This document shows, one piece after another, positions 1-9,653 of a stretch of 64,000 nt of DNA. The stretch spans positions 256,001 through 320,000 of the forward strand of contig JBEKFP010000002.1 in assembly GCA_050013255.1 (NCBI GenBank), given 5' to 3'. The notes under the pieces were generated by a model. The model ran no database searches, was not told the DNA's origin, and saw only the letters and a program-made list of their open reading frames with translations. The position numbers and the translations under genes were made by a program. This stretch comes from Candidatus Bathyarchaeia archaeon (GTDB lineage Archaea; Thermoproteota; Bathyarchaeia; 40CM-2-53-6). Position 1 is the stretch's first letter. Each line of letters opens with the position of its first letter.

Positions 1-379
1 AATGTGGTCAATCCACACAAGTTGGTTCCAGCAGTTAGGACATTTAGTTGCCTCGTTCTCGAAGAGCACATTGGAGCAGCTCTAGAGATATTTTGCGAGG
101 TTTTCAATTCGTAGGGGAATGAGCTTGCCGCCCTCTTGCAACTCAAACCATAAGCTGCATCGTTCGCAACGTTTCAACGGGTAGCTATCTTGGCCGAGAA
201 GTTCCAAGTCACAAATCGGACACTTCAACTTCGTTCACCGTTCATGCCGTGAACCATGCAAGCAGATAACCAGAAGATGGAAATGCAATACAACAGTCGG
301 TGAACCCTGAAAGTAGACTCCCCGATAGCAGAGAGAAGAATGAATCTAAATCACGATTATCTTACGTCGAAAGTATTCC

Positions 380-470
380 TTCTCTTCGTAAATAGTTTCA
401 CACCTTCTACGTCACAAACATAACCGAATCCTGATTCCACTAGCTCCTGTGTTTTGACAGTCTTGGCTGT
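380..470 (-). pseudogene. Remnant of the 3' end of a tyrosine integrase gene
   Basis: Minus strand reads TAKTVKTQELVESGFGYVCDVEGVKLFTKR, nearly identical to the C-terminus of the integrase at 3097-3969 (VAKTVKEAQELVESGFDYVCDVEGFKVFRKRK); DNA aligns by eye. Confidence 0.85.
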
Positions 471-550
471 GTCGCAAAGTCTTAAGAACCCATGTGACGA
501 AGATTACAACTTGTTTTATTGCAAAACCTACCATCAGCTCTTGAGTAACT

Positions 551-1465
551 ATGCTACGCAGAAATCTGCTCGCTGGTGTCGTGTTTGCGTTAGTTCTGCT
601 AGTGCTAGTCGCGCACGATGTCTCTGGTCAGATGGGGGGAAGTGTCAGGATTACCCAGGTTGACGCGCCTACCACAGTTGCTGCCGGACAAACATTGACG
701 GTGACCACAACAATATCCTACTCCATAGCCCCCGGATTTTCAGGTCAAGGCTTAATGGTCATGGTTCTCGACCATACTGGAGCGATGGGTAATCCATACG
801 CCATAACCGCCAGTTCCTGTGAGGGATACACATACCCAGACCTGTCGATTTGTGCTATTAGTCCTTCAAACCCGAACGGTGATTTGACTGTAAGTTTCAC
901 GTTAACAGCCCCTAACACCCCAGCGCAATCCTTCAACCTCTGCGTATACGCTTACGTCACGAACGGGAATAGTTATCCACCACAAGTGGCTGCTTCTGAT
1001 TCCAAAGTTGTGAAAGTTGTAACCTCTGGTCAGGTGACGACATCTAGCCAAACATTTCCTACAACGCAGGCTTATGCAACGCCTACTGTTTCCTACACAT
1101 CCACCACTCCCACATCATACTCTAGTGTAGCTTCAGTGCTCTCCAAAGGTCAGAACTGGTTCACCTTCAACAATTACGTAGCCTACTTAGTGTTCTTGGT
1201 GGCAGCAGGCGCAGGTGTCGTTCTCTTCTTGATTTGGAATCGTGCCAAATCTGGCTCTAAGCCCAAGTCAAAGACAACCCCCGTTCGAAGAGTGGAGACT
1301 GCCCCTAAGACGACGATAAGTAAGGATGAACCCGTTAATCCGCCTTCTCCTGCGCAGGCTCCTGAAAGGACTAGAAGGGAGTCAGCAATGTTTTGTTCTC
1401 AATGTGGTGCTCAAATATCTCGTGACAGCAAATTCTGCAAAGAGTGCGGCTCCAAACAAACATAA
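551..1465 (+). CDS. Surface/membrane-anchored protein with Ser/Thr-rich linker, TM helix and C-terminal zinc ribbon
   Basis: Signal-peptide-like N-terminus, S/T-rich stretch, hydrophobic segment, C-terminal CSQC...CKEC. Confidence 0.8.
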   Translation: MLRRNLLAGVVFALVLLVLVAHDVSGQMGGSVRITQVDAPTTVAAGQTLTVTTTISYSIAPGFSGQGLMVMVLDHTGAMGNPYAITASSCEGYTYPDLSICAISPSNPNGDLTVSFTLTAPNTPAQSFNLCVYAYVTNGNSYPPQVAASDSKVVKVVTSGQVTTSSQTFPTTQAYATPTVSYTSTTPTSYSSVASVLSKGQNWFTFNNYVAYLVFLVAAGAGVVLFLIWNRAKSGSKPKSKTTPVRRVETAPKTTISKDEPVNPPSPAQAPERTRRESAMFCSQCGAQISRDSKFCKECGSKQT

Positions 1466-1483
1466 ATCTAATTCCATTGGCGA

Positions 1484-2341
1484 ATGCTCATGTCTCTACT
1501 CAGGAAGGTATCGTGGCTGTTCGTTCTAGCAATTGCTATCTCTGCAATCACCTTTCCGATAGTAAGGGCGCAAACAGCCGCCATTACGAATTCGCAGGCG
1601 ACTGACTGGTTCTCGGCCAATTGGATAACCCTCCTCGGTCTTCTCGGTCTTACAATTGGCGTCATAGGTGTGTTGTTAGCCATAGTTTTCTATTACAAAC
1701 CTAGGAAGGTCAAGAGGCCACGCTACGCACTCAGCAGCCTTAACCTCGTCAGTGACTTTGCGAGCAGACTCGACCCGTTGGAAATCAACTACGCTGGGGA
1801 GCGAGTGGAGAATATTACTGTAACTAAGGCGGCGTTCTGGAATGACGGCAGCGATACAATAAACGGTTCGGACGTACCTACAGCGGACCCGATTTCCTTT
1901 GGAATCAGTGACGCTTTCAAGATTCTCGATTCTAAGTTAGTCTATGCGAAGAATCCATCAAATAAGATTAACATTGCTCCTGTAGGTCAGTCAGCAGTTA
2001 ATATGAACTTTGAATATTTGGACAAGAACGACGGAGCGATTCTCCAAATCGTACACACAGGAAAATCGTCGGCCGACATCAAAATTGGTGGGACAATCAA
2101 AGGCGTTGGTAAACCAGAGGCTCAAGTTCCCGAAAAATGGGCGGAGAGATTTCTTTACATAGAGACTTTCTTTCTATTTTTGTCGACCGTCCTAATAGTC
2201 TCTAAAACTGCCTTCGAGGTTGGTGTCTATATGGTGTTTCTCATTACCGTAGCTCTCGCCGCTACAGCGTTTTTCTATCTCCCTCGGGCTAGCAAGACAC
2301 GACTTCCGAAAGGATTTGAAGAACGGTTGGAAGCGTTTTAA
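1484..2341 (+). CDS. Hypothetical membrane protein
   Basis: 285-aa ORF with N- and C-terminal hydrophobic helices, 18 nt downstream of the previous gene. Confidence 0.7.
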   Translation: MLMSLLRKVSWLFVLAIAISAITFPIVRAQTAAITNSQATDWFSANWITLLGLLGLTIGVIGVLLAIVFYYKPRKVKRPRYALSSLNLVSDFASRLDPLEINYAGERVENITVTKAAFWNDGSDTINGSDVPTADPISFGISDAFKILDSKLVYAKNPSNKINIAPVGQSAVNMNFEYLDKNDGAILQIVHTGKSSADIKIGGTIKGVGKPEAQVPEKWAERFLYIETFFLFLSTVLIVSKTAFEVGVYMVFLITVALAATAFFYLPRASKTRLPKGFEERLEAF

Positions 2342-2368
2342 GAAACATAAATCGGGAAAACTGTTTCC

Positions 2369-2460
2369 CTACTTCTTCCTCCTGAAGTAGGCTAACCCGT
2401 CCTTCTGAAGAATGAAGTCGAACCCTGCCTCAATCAACTCTGTTATTTCCTTCTGCCTGA
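2369..2460 (-). pseudogene. Second remnant of an integrase 3' end
   Basis: Minus strand reads KEITELIEAGFDFILQKDGLAYFRRKK*, same pattern as the integrase C-terminus (ELVESGFDYV...FRKRK*). Confidence 0.75.
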
Positions 2461-2550
2461 CACAACTTTCTGAATATACGTTCGTTCAGTTCGTAATACC
2501 TTAATTCGGAAATCCTTGCCAACGATGCATTCTCAAACAAAACTGATTCA

Positions 2551-3072
2551 TCATATTTTGCAGGCTGAACTCAGATAGAACAAGCAGAATGCGTAAAGCC
2601 ATAGAGCAGCCAAGTAAATCGACAAAATGCCCCCGAAGATGTGCAACGTCTTCAGACGAAAGAGATTGTGTGGCCGGCCTCCTACTACGGCATGTCGCCA
2701 CAAGAGCTTATGCGTTGGAGCATTTCTGTACTGACTGAAATAATGTTGGAGATGCATGTCCATTTGATTTTCGATTTCTTCCATTCTTATGAAACAAATC
2801 TCTGTTAGGCCGTCTGCCCTTATCACTATAACAGCCCACCCAAGCATTATGACGGTAGAGAGGAAAGCTAATACCGGCAAGAGCTTTACAAAATCCGTCC
2901 GTTGCAGTACAAACCCCAATGCAGCAAGAGAACCACCCAGAAAGAGTGCGGCCATGTTTGAGTTCATGGTGTCTAAATGGTGGGCAGTGGAAATGCAAGC
3001 ATCATATTCTGCTAGCAGTGCATTCCTTTCCTCCGCAGAAGTACCGTGTCTCTCCATGCTATCTCGCTCCAA
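2551..3072 (-). CDS. Hypothetical membrane protein (cargo)
   Basis: 173-aa ORF with three hydrophobic segments directly downstream of the integrase. Confidence 0.65.
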   Translation of the reverse strand: MERDSMERHGTSAEERNALLAEYDACISTAHHLDTMNSNMAALFLGGSLAALGFVLQRTDFVKLLPVLAFLSTVIMLGWAVIVIRADGLTEICFIRMEEIENQMDMHLQHYFSQYRNAPTHKLLWRHAVVGGRPHNLFRLKTLHIFGGILSIYLAALWLYAFCLFYLSSACKI

Positions 3073-3096
3073 TACCTGAACGACTGAGAGGATTAC

Positions 3097-3969
3097 CTAT
3101 TTTCTCTTCCTAAACACTTTGAATCCCTCTACGTCACAGACATAATCGAACCCTGATTCCACTAGTTCTTGTGCTTCTTTGACGGTCTTAGCTACCTTAG
3201 AAGTGAATTCATCGTCAGGGAAGCTGATTAGCCGAACGTATCGAAGCGTGTTACTAATTGACCGATGGCCGAGGATTTTTTGAACGTGTACTATGTCCCT
3301 TGTCTTATGATACTCCATAGTTCCTTTGAAGTGGCGTAGGCTTCGGAAACTGATTAGTTGAAGCTTCGGGTTCGCCAACTTCAATGCTAGTCTCTTTCGT
3401 TGTCTTTGGAATACTCTTGTGAAATCTTTCAGGCCATCAATGGGAGCTTTGGTCCCGTCATGGAAAATGTACTTCCTATCCTTCGGAAGCAAGTTCAAAC
3501 GGGCAATTAGATTATTGCTAATTCTTAGCTCTCGACTCCTAGAACCCTTCTCAGGTCGAATAACAATCGTGTTCCTATCGAGGTCTATGTGAATCCATTC
3601 CGCTAACCAACCTTCACCCGGTCTACAGCCTGTCTCCTTCAAGAGGAAACAGAATGTTCCAATCTCCCTACTTGGAAGCCCTGAAACTAGTGCGTCAACA
3701 TCTTCCTCTTTCGGAATATGGGGAAGTAAGTCTATCTTCTCATACTTCGGGCGGTCCCACTTAATTCCCTCATACCTGTAGAACCTGTCAACTTCCTCGG
3801 CGATTCTCTGCTTACCGCCCTCATTCCAATCGCAACTCGCCAAAAATCGTTTTACTGATTCAGGTTCTATGATGTTGCATCTACGGTCTAATCGTTTCAA
3901 GCTTCGAACAGCAAAATAGCAAGTGGATTCCCGATAGCCTTCCCTACGCATCCATAAGCCGAAGGACAC
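3097..3969 (-). CDS. Tyrosine recombinase/integrase, C-terminal (intC-type) fragment
   Basis: Catalytic motifs ETGCRPGE, RSLRH and LGHRSISNTLRY; frame stays open upstream through the tRNA 3' half to 4053. Confidence 0.9.
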   Translation of the reverse strand: MSFGLWMRREGYRESTCYFAVRSLKRLDRRCNIIEPESVKRFLASCDWNEGGKQRIAEEVDRFYRYEGIKWDRPKYEKIDLLPHIPKEEDVDALVSGLPSREIGTFCFLLKETGCRPGEGWLAEWIHIDLDRNTIVIRPEKGSRSRELRISNNLIARLNLLPKDRKYIFHDGTKAPIDGLKDFTRVFQRQRKRLALKLANPKLQLISFRSLRHFKGTMEYHKTRDIVHVQKILGHRSISNTLRYVRLISFPDDEFTSKVAKTVKEAQELVESGFDYVCDVEGFKVFRKRK

Positions 3970-3999
3970 TATCTCGTTAACATGTGCGGGGATTAGTTG

Positions 4000-4077
4000 T
4001 GGCGGGCGGGGAGGGATTCGAACCCCCGACCTCAGGCTCCGGAGGCCTGTGCCCTATCCAGGCTAGGCTACCCGCCC
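4000..4077 (-). tRNA. tRNA-Arg(CCG), CCA encoded, no intron
   Basis: Acceptor GGGCGGG/CCCGCCC, anticodon arm CAGGC-CT CCG GA-GCCTG, T-loop TTCGAAT, G-CCA end. Confidence 0.95.
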
Positions 4078-4101
4078 GTCAGAGGAGAGAGTAGGTTTTC
4101 A

Positions 4102-4109
4102 TGTATAAG
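4102..4109 (-). promoter_or_regulatory. Probable TATA box of tRNA-Arg
   Basis: CTTATACA on the minus strand ~25-30 nt upstream of the tRNA 5' end. Confidence 0.5.
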
Positions 4110-4201
4110 GGTGGACACAAGAATTTTCGAATAGCAGCGAACCAATTTTAAGGCGAACGATGCCATAGCCAATAGCTGAACCGCTTCCAAAAACCGGAAA
4201 A

Positions 4202-6154
4202 TTGGTCGCCTTGGGGAACATTCTCCAGCAATTTAGAGATGAGTGTAACAGCGCCCTTCGTGATGCGCTGGAGAAGTCTTTTCCGGAATGGGTCGTTAAG
4301 ATCCTGCGCCTTACGGTCCCTCCGTCCCTCGAATTTGGCGAGCTGACATCGTCAATTGCACACGAAATTGCTCGTCAAAAGCAGCTTCAACCACAACAAG
4401 TTGCCCAAGCAATTTGCGCCGCCTTACCGATAAGGAAAGGCACGCTTTTGGCAAATGTCGAAAGCGTTTCAGGATATGTGAACTTCAAAATAGATTACAA
4501 GATTGCCGCTCCTCAAATTCTCGCAAATGCACTCCGAGAGGACGTCCGCTTCGGCATTGAGAAATCAGAACATCCGATAAGGATGACGGTGGAACATACG
4601 AGCGCTAATCCGAGCGGCCCCCTAACAATGGGCCATGCTCGAAACGCCATACTTGGGGACGTGCTTGCACGCTTACTGAAGGCAAGAGGGCATTCAATCA
4701 AGAAAAGGTTCTACATTGACGACATGGGACGGCAAGTGTCGATTCTCGCATACGGCTACAGCCTCCTAAAGGAACCTGAACCTCAAGGTAAGGCGGACCA
4801 TTGGTTCGGACGCCTTTACGCTTGCACGAACTGCGCGGTTCAGGTCGAAGCCACGAAGTTGAAATTGAAGCAAATTGTGGACGATCCAAACCAGAGCGAA
4901 CAAAGAGTTGAGCTTCAACGGAACCTCGACGATTGGGTAGGGATCGCTGCGGAACTCGGAGCAACTGACGCAGAACTCTTAGCAAAGGTTGTAAACGCCG
5001 TGCGTGCAGAGCCAAACCCTGAGAAAGCCATTCAAGATATTGGGCGCAGATACGAGCAAAATGAGAAAGAAGCCGTTGCTTTAGTCAGAAAGGTTTCTGA
5101 ACTATGCCTGAACGGAATCAGGGCAACATTAGACGAGATGGATATTACATTTGATACTTGGGACTGGGAAGGGGAACTACTTTGGAACGGCTCCGTTGAC
5201 AAAACGCTTGCCAGGCTAGCTAAACTGCCCTTCGCAAAGAAGGAGGGCGCGTCAATTTCATTGGACGTTAACTCCATATTGGACGCCTATTCGCTACGCA
5301 AAGAATTCGGCCTGTCCGAGAATTATGAGGTCCCACCATTGACCCTCGTTCGCAGTGATGGCACAACCCTTTACCCAACGAGGGATATCGCATATTCAAT
5401 CGCAAAATCAGCCGATTCGGATAAGGTGATAAACGTAATCGCGTCGGAACAGAATTTACCCCAACTACAAATCCGCCTAGCACTCTACGCGCTCGGCGAA
5501 CAAAAGGCGGCACTTAATCAAATTCATTATGCGTACGGTTTGGTTGAGCTCCCAGGCGGGGTCAAATCGTCGAAAAGGAGAGCGCATTACGTAGCTCTTG
5601 ATGACGTGATCGAACAGGCCAGATCCCGAGTTGAGCAAACAATGGCACAGAGAAAAGAAGAACTTGGGGCGACCGAATCCCACAGGACAGCTCAGAATAT
5701 AGCGCTAGGCGCAATCAGGTTCACTCTGCTTAATGTTAACAGCATGAAGAACATGACATTCACTTGGGACCGGGTCCTCAGCCTAGAGCGCAACAGCGCC
5801 CCGTTCATCAACTATGCCTATACTAGGGCTGGGAGTATTCTTCGGAAACTAGGCGAATTCCCAAAAAATGCAGACTGTTCGCTTCTCACACATCCCCTTG
5901 AACTCCTGCTCATATTCAAAATCGGACAGATGACTGATGTCTTCTGCGAAGCTGCAGACCAGCTCAAACCGGAGGAATTGACTGGGTACGTGAATTCCAT
6001 GGCCGAAAAGTTCCATGAATATTACGAGAAGGTGGACGTAATCCACGCAGGCGCAGATGTTAAGAACGCAAGGGCTTGGCTAGTTAGAGCCATACAGGTT
6101 GTGCTCCGGAATTCTATGGAGTTACTCGGAATCAGCGAAAGTGAAAGGATGTAA
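4202..6154 (+). CDS. argS: Arginyl-tRNA synthetase
   Basis: EHTSANPSGPLTMGHARNA (HIGH region), RSDGTTLYPTRDIAY, C-terminal anticodon-binding domain ending ERM. Confidence 0.95.
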   Translation: MVALGNILQQFRDECNSALRDALEKSFPEWVVKILRLTVPPSLEFGELTSSIAHEIARQKQLQPQQVAQAICAALPIRKGTLLANVESVSGYVNFKIDYKIAAPQILANALREDVRFGIEKSEHPIRMTVEHTSANPSGPLTMGHARNAILGDVLARLLKARGHSIKKRFYIDDMGRQVSILAYGYSLLKEPEPQGKADHWFGRLYACTNCAVQVEATKLKLKQIVDDPNQSEQRVELQRNLDDWVGIAAELGATDAELLAKVVNAVRAEPNPEKAIQDIGRRYEQNEKEAVALVRKVSELCLNGIRATLDEMDITFDTWDWEGELLWNGSVDKTLARLAKLPFAKKEGASISLDVNSILDAYSLRKEFGLSENYEVPPLTLVRSDGTTLYPTRDIAYSIAKSADSDKVINVIASEQNLPQLQIRLALYALGEQKAALNQIHYAYGLVELPGGVKSSKRRAHYVALDDVIEQARSRVEQTMAQRKEELGATESHRTAQNIALGAIRFTLLNVNSMKNMTFTWDRVLSLERNSAPFINYAYTRAGSILRKLGEFPKNADCSLLTHPLELLLIFKIGQMTDVFCEAADQLKPEELTGYVNSMAEKFHEYYEKVDVIHAGADVKNARAWLVRAIQVVLRNSMELLGISESERM

Positions 6155-6159
6155 CAATC

Positions 6160-7458
6160 ATGAGCAAGAATTCTCCGAGAATCAGCTGGCAGGGGATAAG
6201 GGGCTACTTCACGCTCGATCTGAGCCTACGAAGCCTATATGATAAACTATTCTTGCTGCTCTTCGTTATCGACGTGATTCTGCGAGCCATATGGCTTGAC
6301 AAGCCAACGGGGTCCCTAATCTTCGATGAGTGGTATTACGTTAATGTTGCACGAGTCATCCTCAGGCTTCCCCAAAGCCTAGGAGCAAATTCGCAACCAC
6401 CATATGTCAATGTTCCTCCCGGCCTGGACCCGAACCATGAACATCCACCCCTGGCCAAACTGCTAATCGCATTCTCAATGTACTTGTTGGGGGACAATGG
6501 TTTCGGCTGGCGCATACCGAGTGTAATATTTGGTTCAATTGCGGTCCTCGTTTTCTACTTACTAATGAAGAAGCTTGCGACCTTCAAGATGGTTCCACTG
6601 GTCGCGACCTTCCTATTTTCCTTCGATAATATGATCTTCATTCAGAGCCGGATTGCAATCCTCGACATCTTCGCCTTGACATTCATGCTCCTGGGGCTCT
6701 ACTGGTACTTCTCGGGCCATTCCTACCTTAGCGCGATCGGTATGTCACTCAGTGCCTTAACTAAGATTACTGGCGTAGCAGGACTGCTCATAATTGTGAT
6801 TCTGCATGCCGTAAGATTCGCGACGGGCCGTACGAAGGGAAAGACGTGGAGCGACTTCTTTTCGTGGTTCGAAAAGTACTTTGCAGTTTTTCTAGTCTCG
6901 TTTCTAGTATTGCTCACAATAATGGACCGGTTGTGGGTGGGTTATTCCAACCCCATTGAACACATCCAATTTATTCTCAGTTACTCGACAAACCTTGTAT
7001 CCCAATGCCCCAACGGAATCATAAGTTGTCCATGGCAGTGGCTCCTGAATCAAATTCAGATTCCTTACCTCATAGTGAACGTCCAAGTTTCCTCAGCTAG
7101 CGGCACATCGAGTTACAAGGCCGTTTCATTCTTGGGTGCGATGAATCCTGCCATTCTATACCTGACCATACCTGCGATGCTGTATGCCACTTACAGTTAT
7201 TACCAGAAGAGGAGCGACCTAACTCTGCTTTCGATCGTCTGGTTCGCGGTCACATACTTGCCTTACTACCCCGCCGCCATAATCGATCAACGGGTGACCT
7301 ACCTCTTCTACTTCCTTGCTGCTGTACCGGCAATCTGCGCCGCCGTCGCCCACATGATTTTGGACCAAAACCCGCCGAAACTAGTTGTCGTCTTCTATCT
7401 CGGGGTAGTTCTGCTTGCTTTCTTCTTTATGTTCCCATTTAAGGTCATACCAACCTAA
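6160..7458 (+). CDS. PMT/GT39-family membrane glycosyltransferase (dolichyl-phosphate-mannose-protein mannosyltransferase-like)
   Basis: FDEWYY and EHPPLAK motifs, GWRIPS, multiple TM helices. Confidence 0.85.
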   Translation: MSKNSPRISWQGIRGYFTLDLSLRSLYDKLFLLLFVIDVILRAIWLDKPTGSLIFDEWYYVNVARVILRLPQSLGANSQPPYVNVPPGLDPNHEHPPLAKLLIAFSMYLLGDNGFGWRIPSVIFGSIAVLVFYLLMKKLATFKMVPLVATFLFSFDNMIFIQSRIAILDIFALTFMLLGLYWYFSGHSYLSAIGMSLSALTKITGVAGLLIIVILHAVRFATGRTKGKTWSDFFSWFEKYFAVFLVSFLVLLTIMDRLWVGYSNPIEHIQFILSYSTNLVSQCPNGIISCPWQWLLNQIQIPYLIVNVQVSSASGTSSYKAVSFLGAMNPAILYLTIPAMLYATYSYYQKRSDLTLLSIVWFAVTYLPYYPAAIIDQRVTYLFYFLAAVPAICAAVAHMILDQNPPKLVVVFYLGVVLLAFFFMFPFKVIPT

Positions 7459-7596
7459 AATCTAAAGGGGTCCTCGACGGGACTCCCCTGACCGAAATCA
7501 ACAAATACGAAGCTTGAAGCTTAGACCTACTTACACAAGGATTCCAACAGATAGCACTGCACAGGGAACTTTGGATAACTAGGAGGTGACTAACGC

Positions 7597-7932
7597 ATGG
7601 CACAAGAGAAGGCAGCTCCATCCCCCCCAAGGGAACAGCCAAGGGCTCGAGAGCCGATTCCACCGGACACGATCCTGATTGGAAAGAAACCCATAATGGC
7701 CTACGCAACCGCGGTCATGATGCACTTTCAGGCAGGCGCTCAAACTTTGACCGTTAAGGCCAGAGGGCGGGCAATCAGCACAGCGGTCGACGTCGTCGAA
7801 GTTGTACGCCGCAGATTCTTTGCAGGAAAACTTGCAGTCCAAGAGATAAGCATCGGAACTCAAGCGCTCGGAGAAGGTAGCGACATCAGAAACGTTTCAA
7901 CGATTGAAATCAAAGTGAAGAAGACAGGATGA
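7597..7932 (+). CDS. albA: DNA/RNA-binding protein Alba
   Basis: IGKKPIMAY, KARGRAISTAVDV, NVSTIEI; GGAGGTGA SD upstream. Confidence 0.95.
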   Translation: MAQEKAAPSPPREQPRAREPIPPDTILIGKKPIMAYATAVMMHFQAGAQTLTVKARGRAISTAVDVVEVVRRRFFAGKLAVQEISIGTQALGEGSDIRNVSTIEIKVKKTG

Positions 7933-8271
7933 CATGGGTCGCCAAATCGGAGCTTACATACTGAAGTGAAAATCCCAATTTCTTTTGCGGTTTTCGGTTT
8001 ACTATCGAATTCGTAAGGTAATTTGTTGAATACCAAACGAAATCGGTGGAATCAACAGAGGCAGCTTGCGATGTTCTCTGTTATCGCAGATTGATTAGAA
8101 CGCGCTTCTGTGCAACATCAGAATAGTGCGCACTCTTAGTTCCTGAACGATGATTATGAGAAACCTGTTTCGGTGACTCACCAATTCTTGACAGTTTTCT
8201 TGCATGAAATTTGAATAGCATTCGTTCGTGTACGCAGAACAAACACGAAGAATTGTTGTAAGCACAAATCG

Positions 8272-8943
8272 GTGAATGTTAGAATGAATCAAGGTTTTCT
8301 CAAGGACTGGGATAGGGACGAAAGAGAGCCTGTTTTTTCAAGAGTTGGTGACCGTTTCCATCATAAACCCGCTGTCAAGGAGCAAATCAGTTCGGCGCTC
8401 TACAGGCTGAATGTTCAGAAGAATAAGCTCGAAACAGCCGCCTCCCGCATGCAACAGCACGACAAGGACATTTTCGCCAAATGCATCAATTCGCAGATGG
8501 CACACGACAACGCTCGAGCGATGATGTATGCGAACGAGTGCGCAGAAGTGCGCAAGATGGCCAAGGTAACGGTGCAGTGCCAGATGGCGTTAGAGCAAGT
8601 CTACTTACGCCTCCAGACGATCGAAGAGTTTGGCGACGTTGCAAAAATGATGGCTCCCGTAGCGAGCGTGGTCCACTCAATAAAGAGCCAGATATCAGGA
8701 GTGATGCCTGAAGTAGGTTTTGAACTCGGCCAAATAGGCGAGGTTCTAAGCGGCGTGGTTGATGAGGCAGGCGAGGTCACTGGATCAAATTACGATGTGA
8801 ACGCGTCTAGTGAGGAGGCTCAAAGAATACTCGGCGAGGCTAATACCATCTCAGAGCAGCACATGAAGAACATATTTCCAGATCTACCGAGCAACGGATC
8901 CGTGTCGCGCCAGAAAGTTGGCGAAGCCGGAATTTCTCACTAG
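8272..8943 (+). CDS. cdvB: ESCRT-III/Snf7 family protein, CdvB paralogue (start may be ATG at 8284)
   Basis: Snf7 core YANECAEVRKMAK...LEQVYLRLQT; C-terminal FPDLP. Confidence 0.9.
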   Translation: MNVRMNQGFLKDWDRDEREPVFSRVGDRFHHKPAVKEQISSALYRLNVQKNKLETAASRMQQHDKDIFAKCINSQMAHDNARAMMYANECAEVRKMAKVTVQCQMALEQVYLRLQTIEEFGDVAKMMAPVASVVHSIKSQISGVMPEVGFELGQIGEVLSGVVDEAGEVTGSNYDVNASSEEAQRILGEANTISEQHMKNIFPDLPSNGSVSRQKVGEAGISH

Positions 8944-8957
8944 AGGATTAATTCGCC

Positions 8958-9641
8958 ATGACCCTCACCGTAGAACAAATTGGAAAGTACCTAGGGCAGG
9001 CGTTTGAGGATCCGATGGGACGGCCCTCAGGCAAGCTAGTAGGTCTTACGGCGGATATCAAAGATGAAGTACAAGCCGTCCAAGTAGCATTGAGTAGTGG
9101 GGAAGTTACAGAATATTCAATCAATTCGGTCAGAGTCATCAACGGACACCCAATCATACTAGAGGCATGGCGCATCGAGGCCGAGGATCTGAAAAAGGAA
9201 CACGACATCATCAAGAGAAGAAGGCAAGCGCTCGACCTGCTCCTAAAGGACGGAGACATTGACCAAACCGAGTACAATCAGCTGCGAAATAGCTACGAGG
9301 ACATAAACAAAGAGATCATTGGAAAACGCGAAAAGGTAGTCGAGACCCTAAAGGAAGAGATAGCAAAGCTTGAACAACAAATCAAAGACCTTCAAACAGC
9401 CTTAACGAACAACAAGATGTTGTACACAGCTGCTGAAATCGACGAGAGCACTTACCACTCAGTAACCGAATCTATTCGAGCGGGACTCGAAATTGCCCGA
9501 AAAGAACGAAAAGACCTTGACAACACGAGGGAGTCATTGCAGACAATCGATGGCTTAGAAGCCTCAATTACGACCACGGAAGCCTCGGCCCCGACAAAAA
9601 TTCCTGATGTAGTAGTAATCAAGATGCGAGAATCAACCTAA
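8958..9641 (+). CDS. cdvA: Cell division protein CdvA
   Basis: PRC-barrel-like N-terminus (LGQAFEDPMGRPSGKLVG), long coiled coil, short C-terminal beta peptide (VVVIKM); precedes cdvB-cdvC. Confidence 0.85.
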   Translation: MTLTVEQIGKYLGQAFEDPMGRPSGKLVGLTADIKDEVQAVQVALSSGEVTEYSINSVRVINGHPIILEAWRIEAEDLKKEHDIIKRRRQALDLLLKDGDIDQTEYNQLRNSYEDINKEIIGKREKVVETLKEEIAKLEQQIKDLQTALTNNKMLYTAAEIDESTYHSVTESIRAGLEIARKERKDLDNTRESLQTIDGLEASITTTEASAPTKIPDVVVIKMREST

Positions 9642-9653
9642 CCACGATAGGAT

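Noticed and set aside
4600-4650. ArgRS HIGH motif reading TMGH (similarly Cdc48 D1 Walker A GFPG)
   Set aside because: Single-residue variants in otherwise intact proteins; no evidence of altered function from sequence alone
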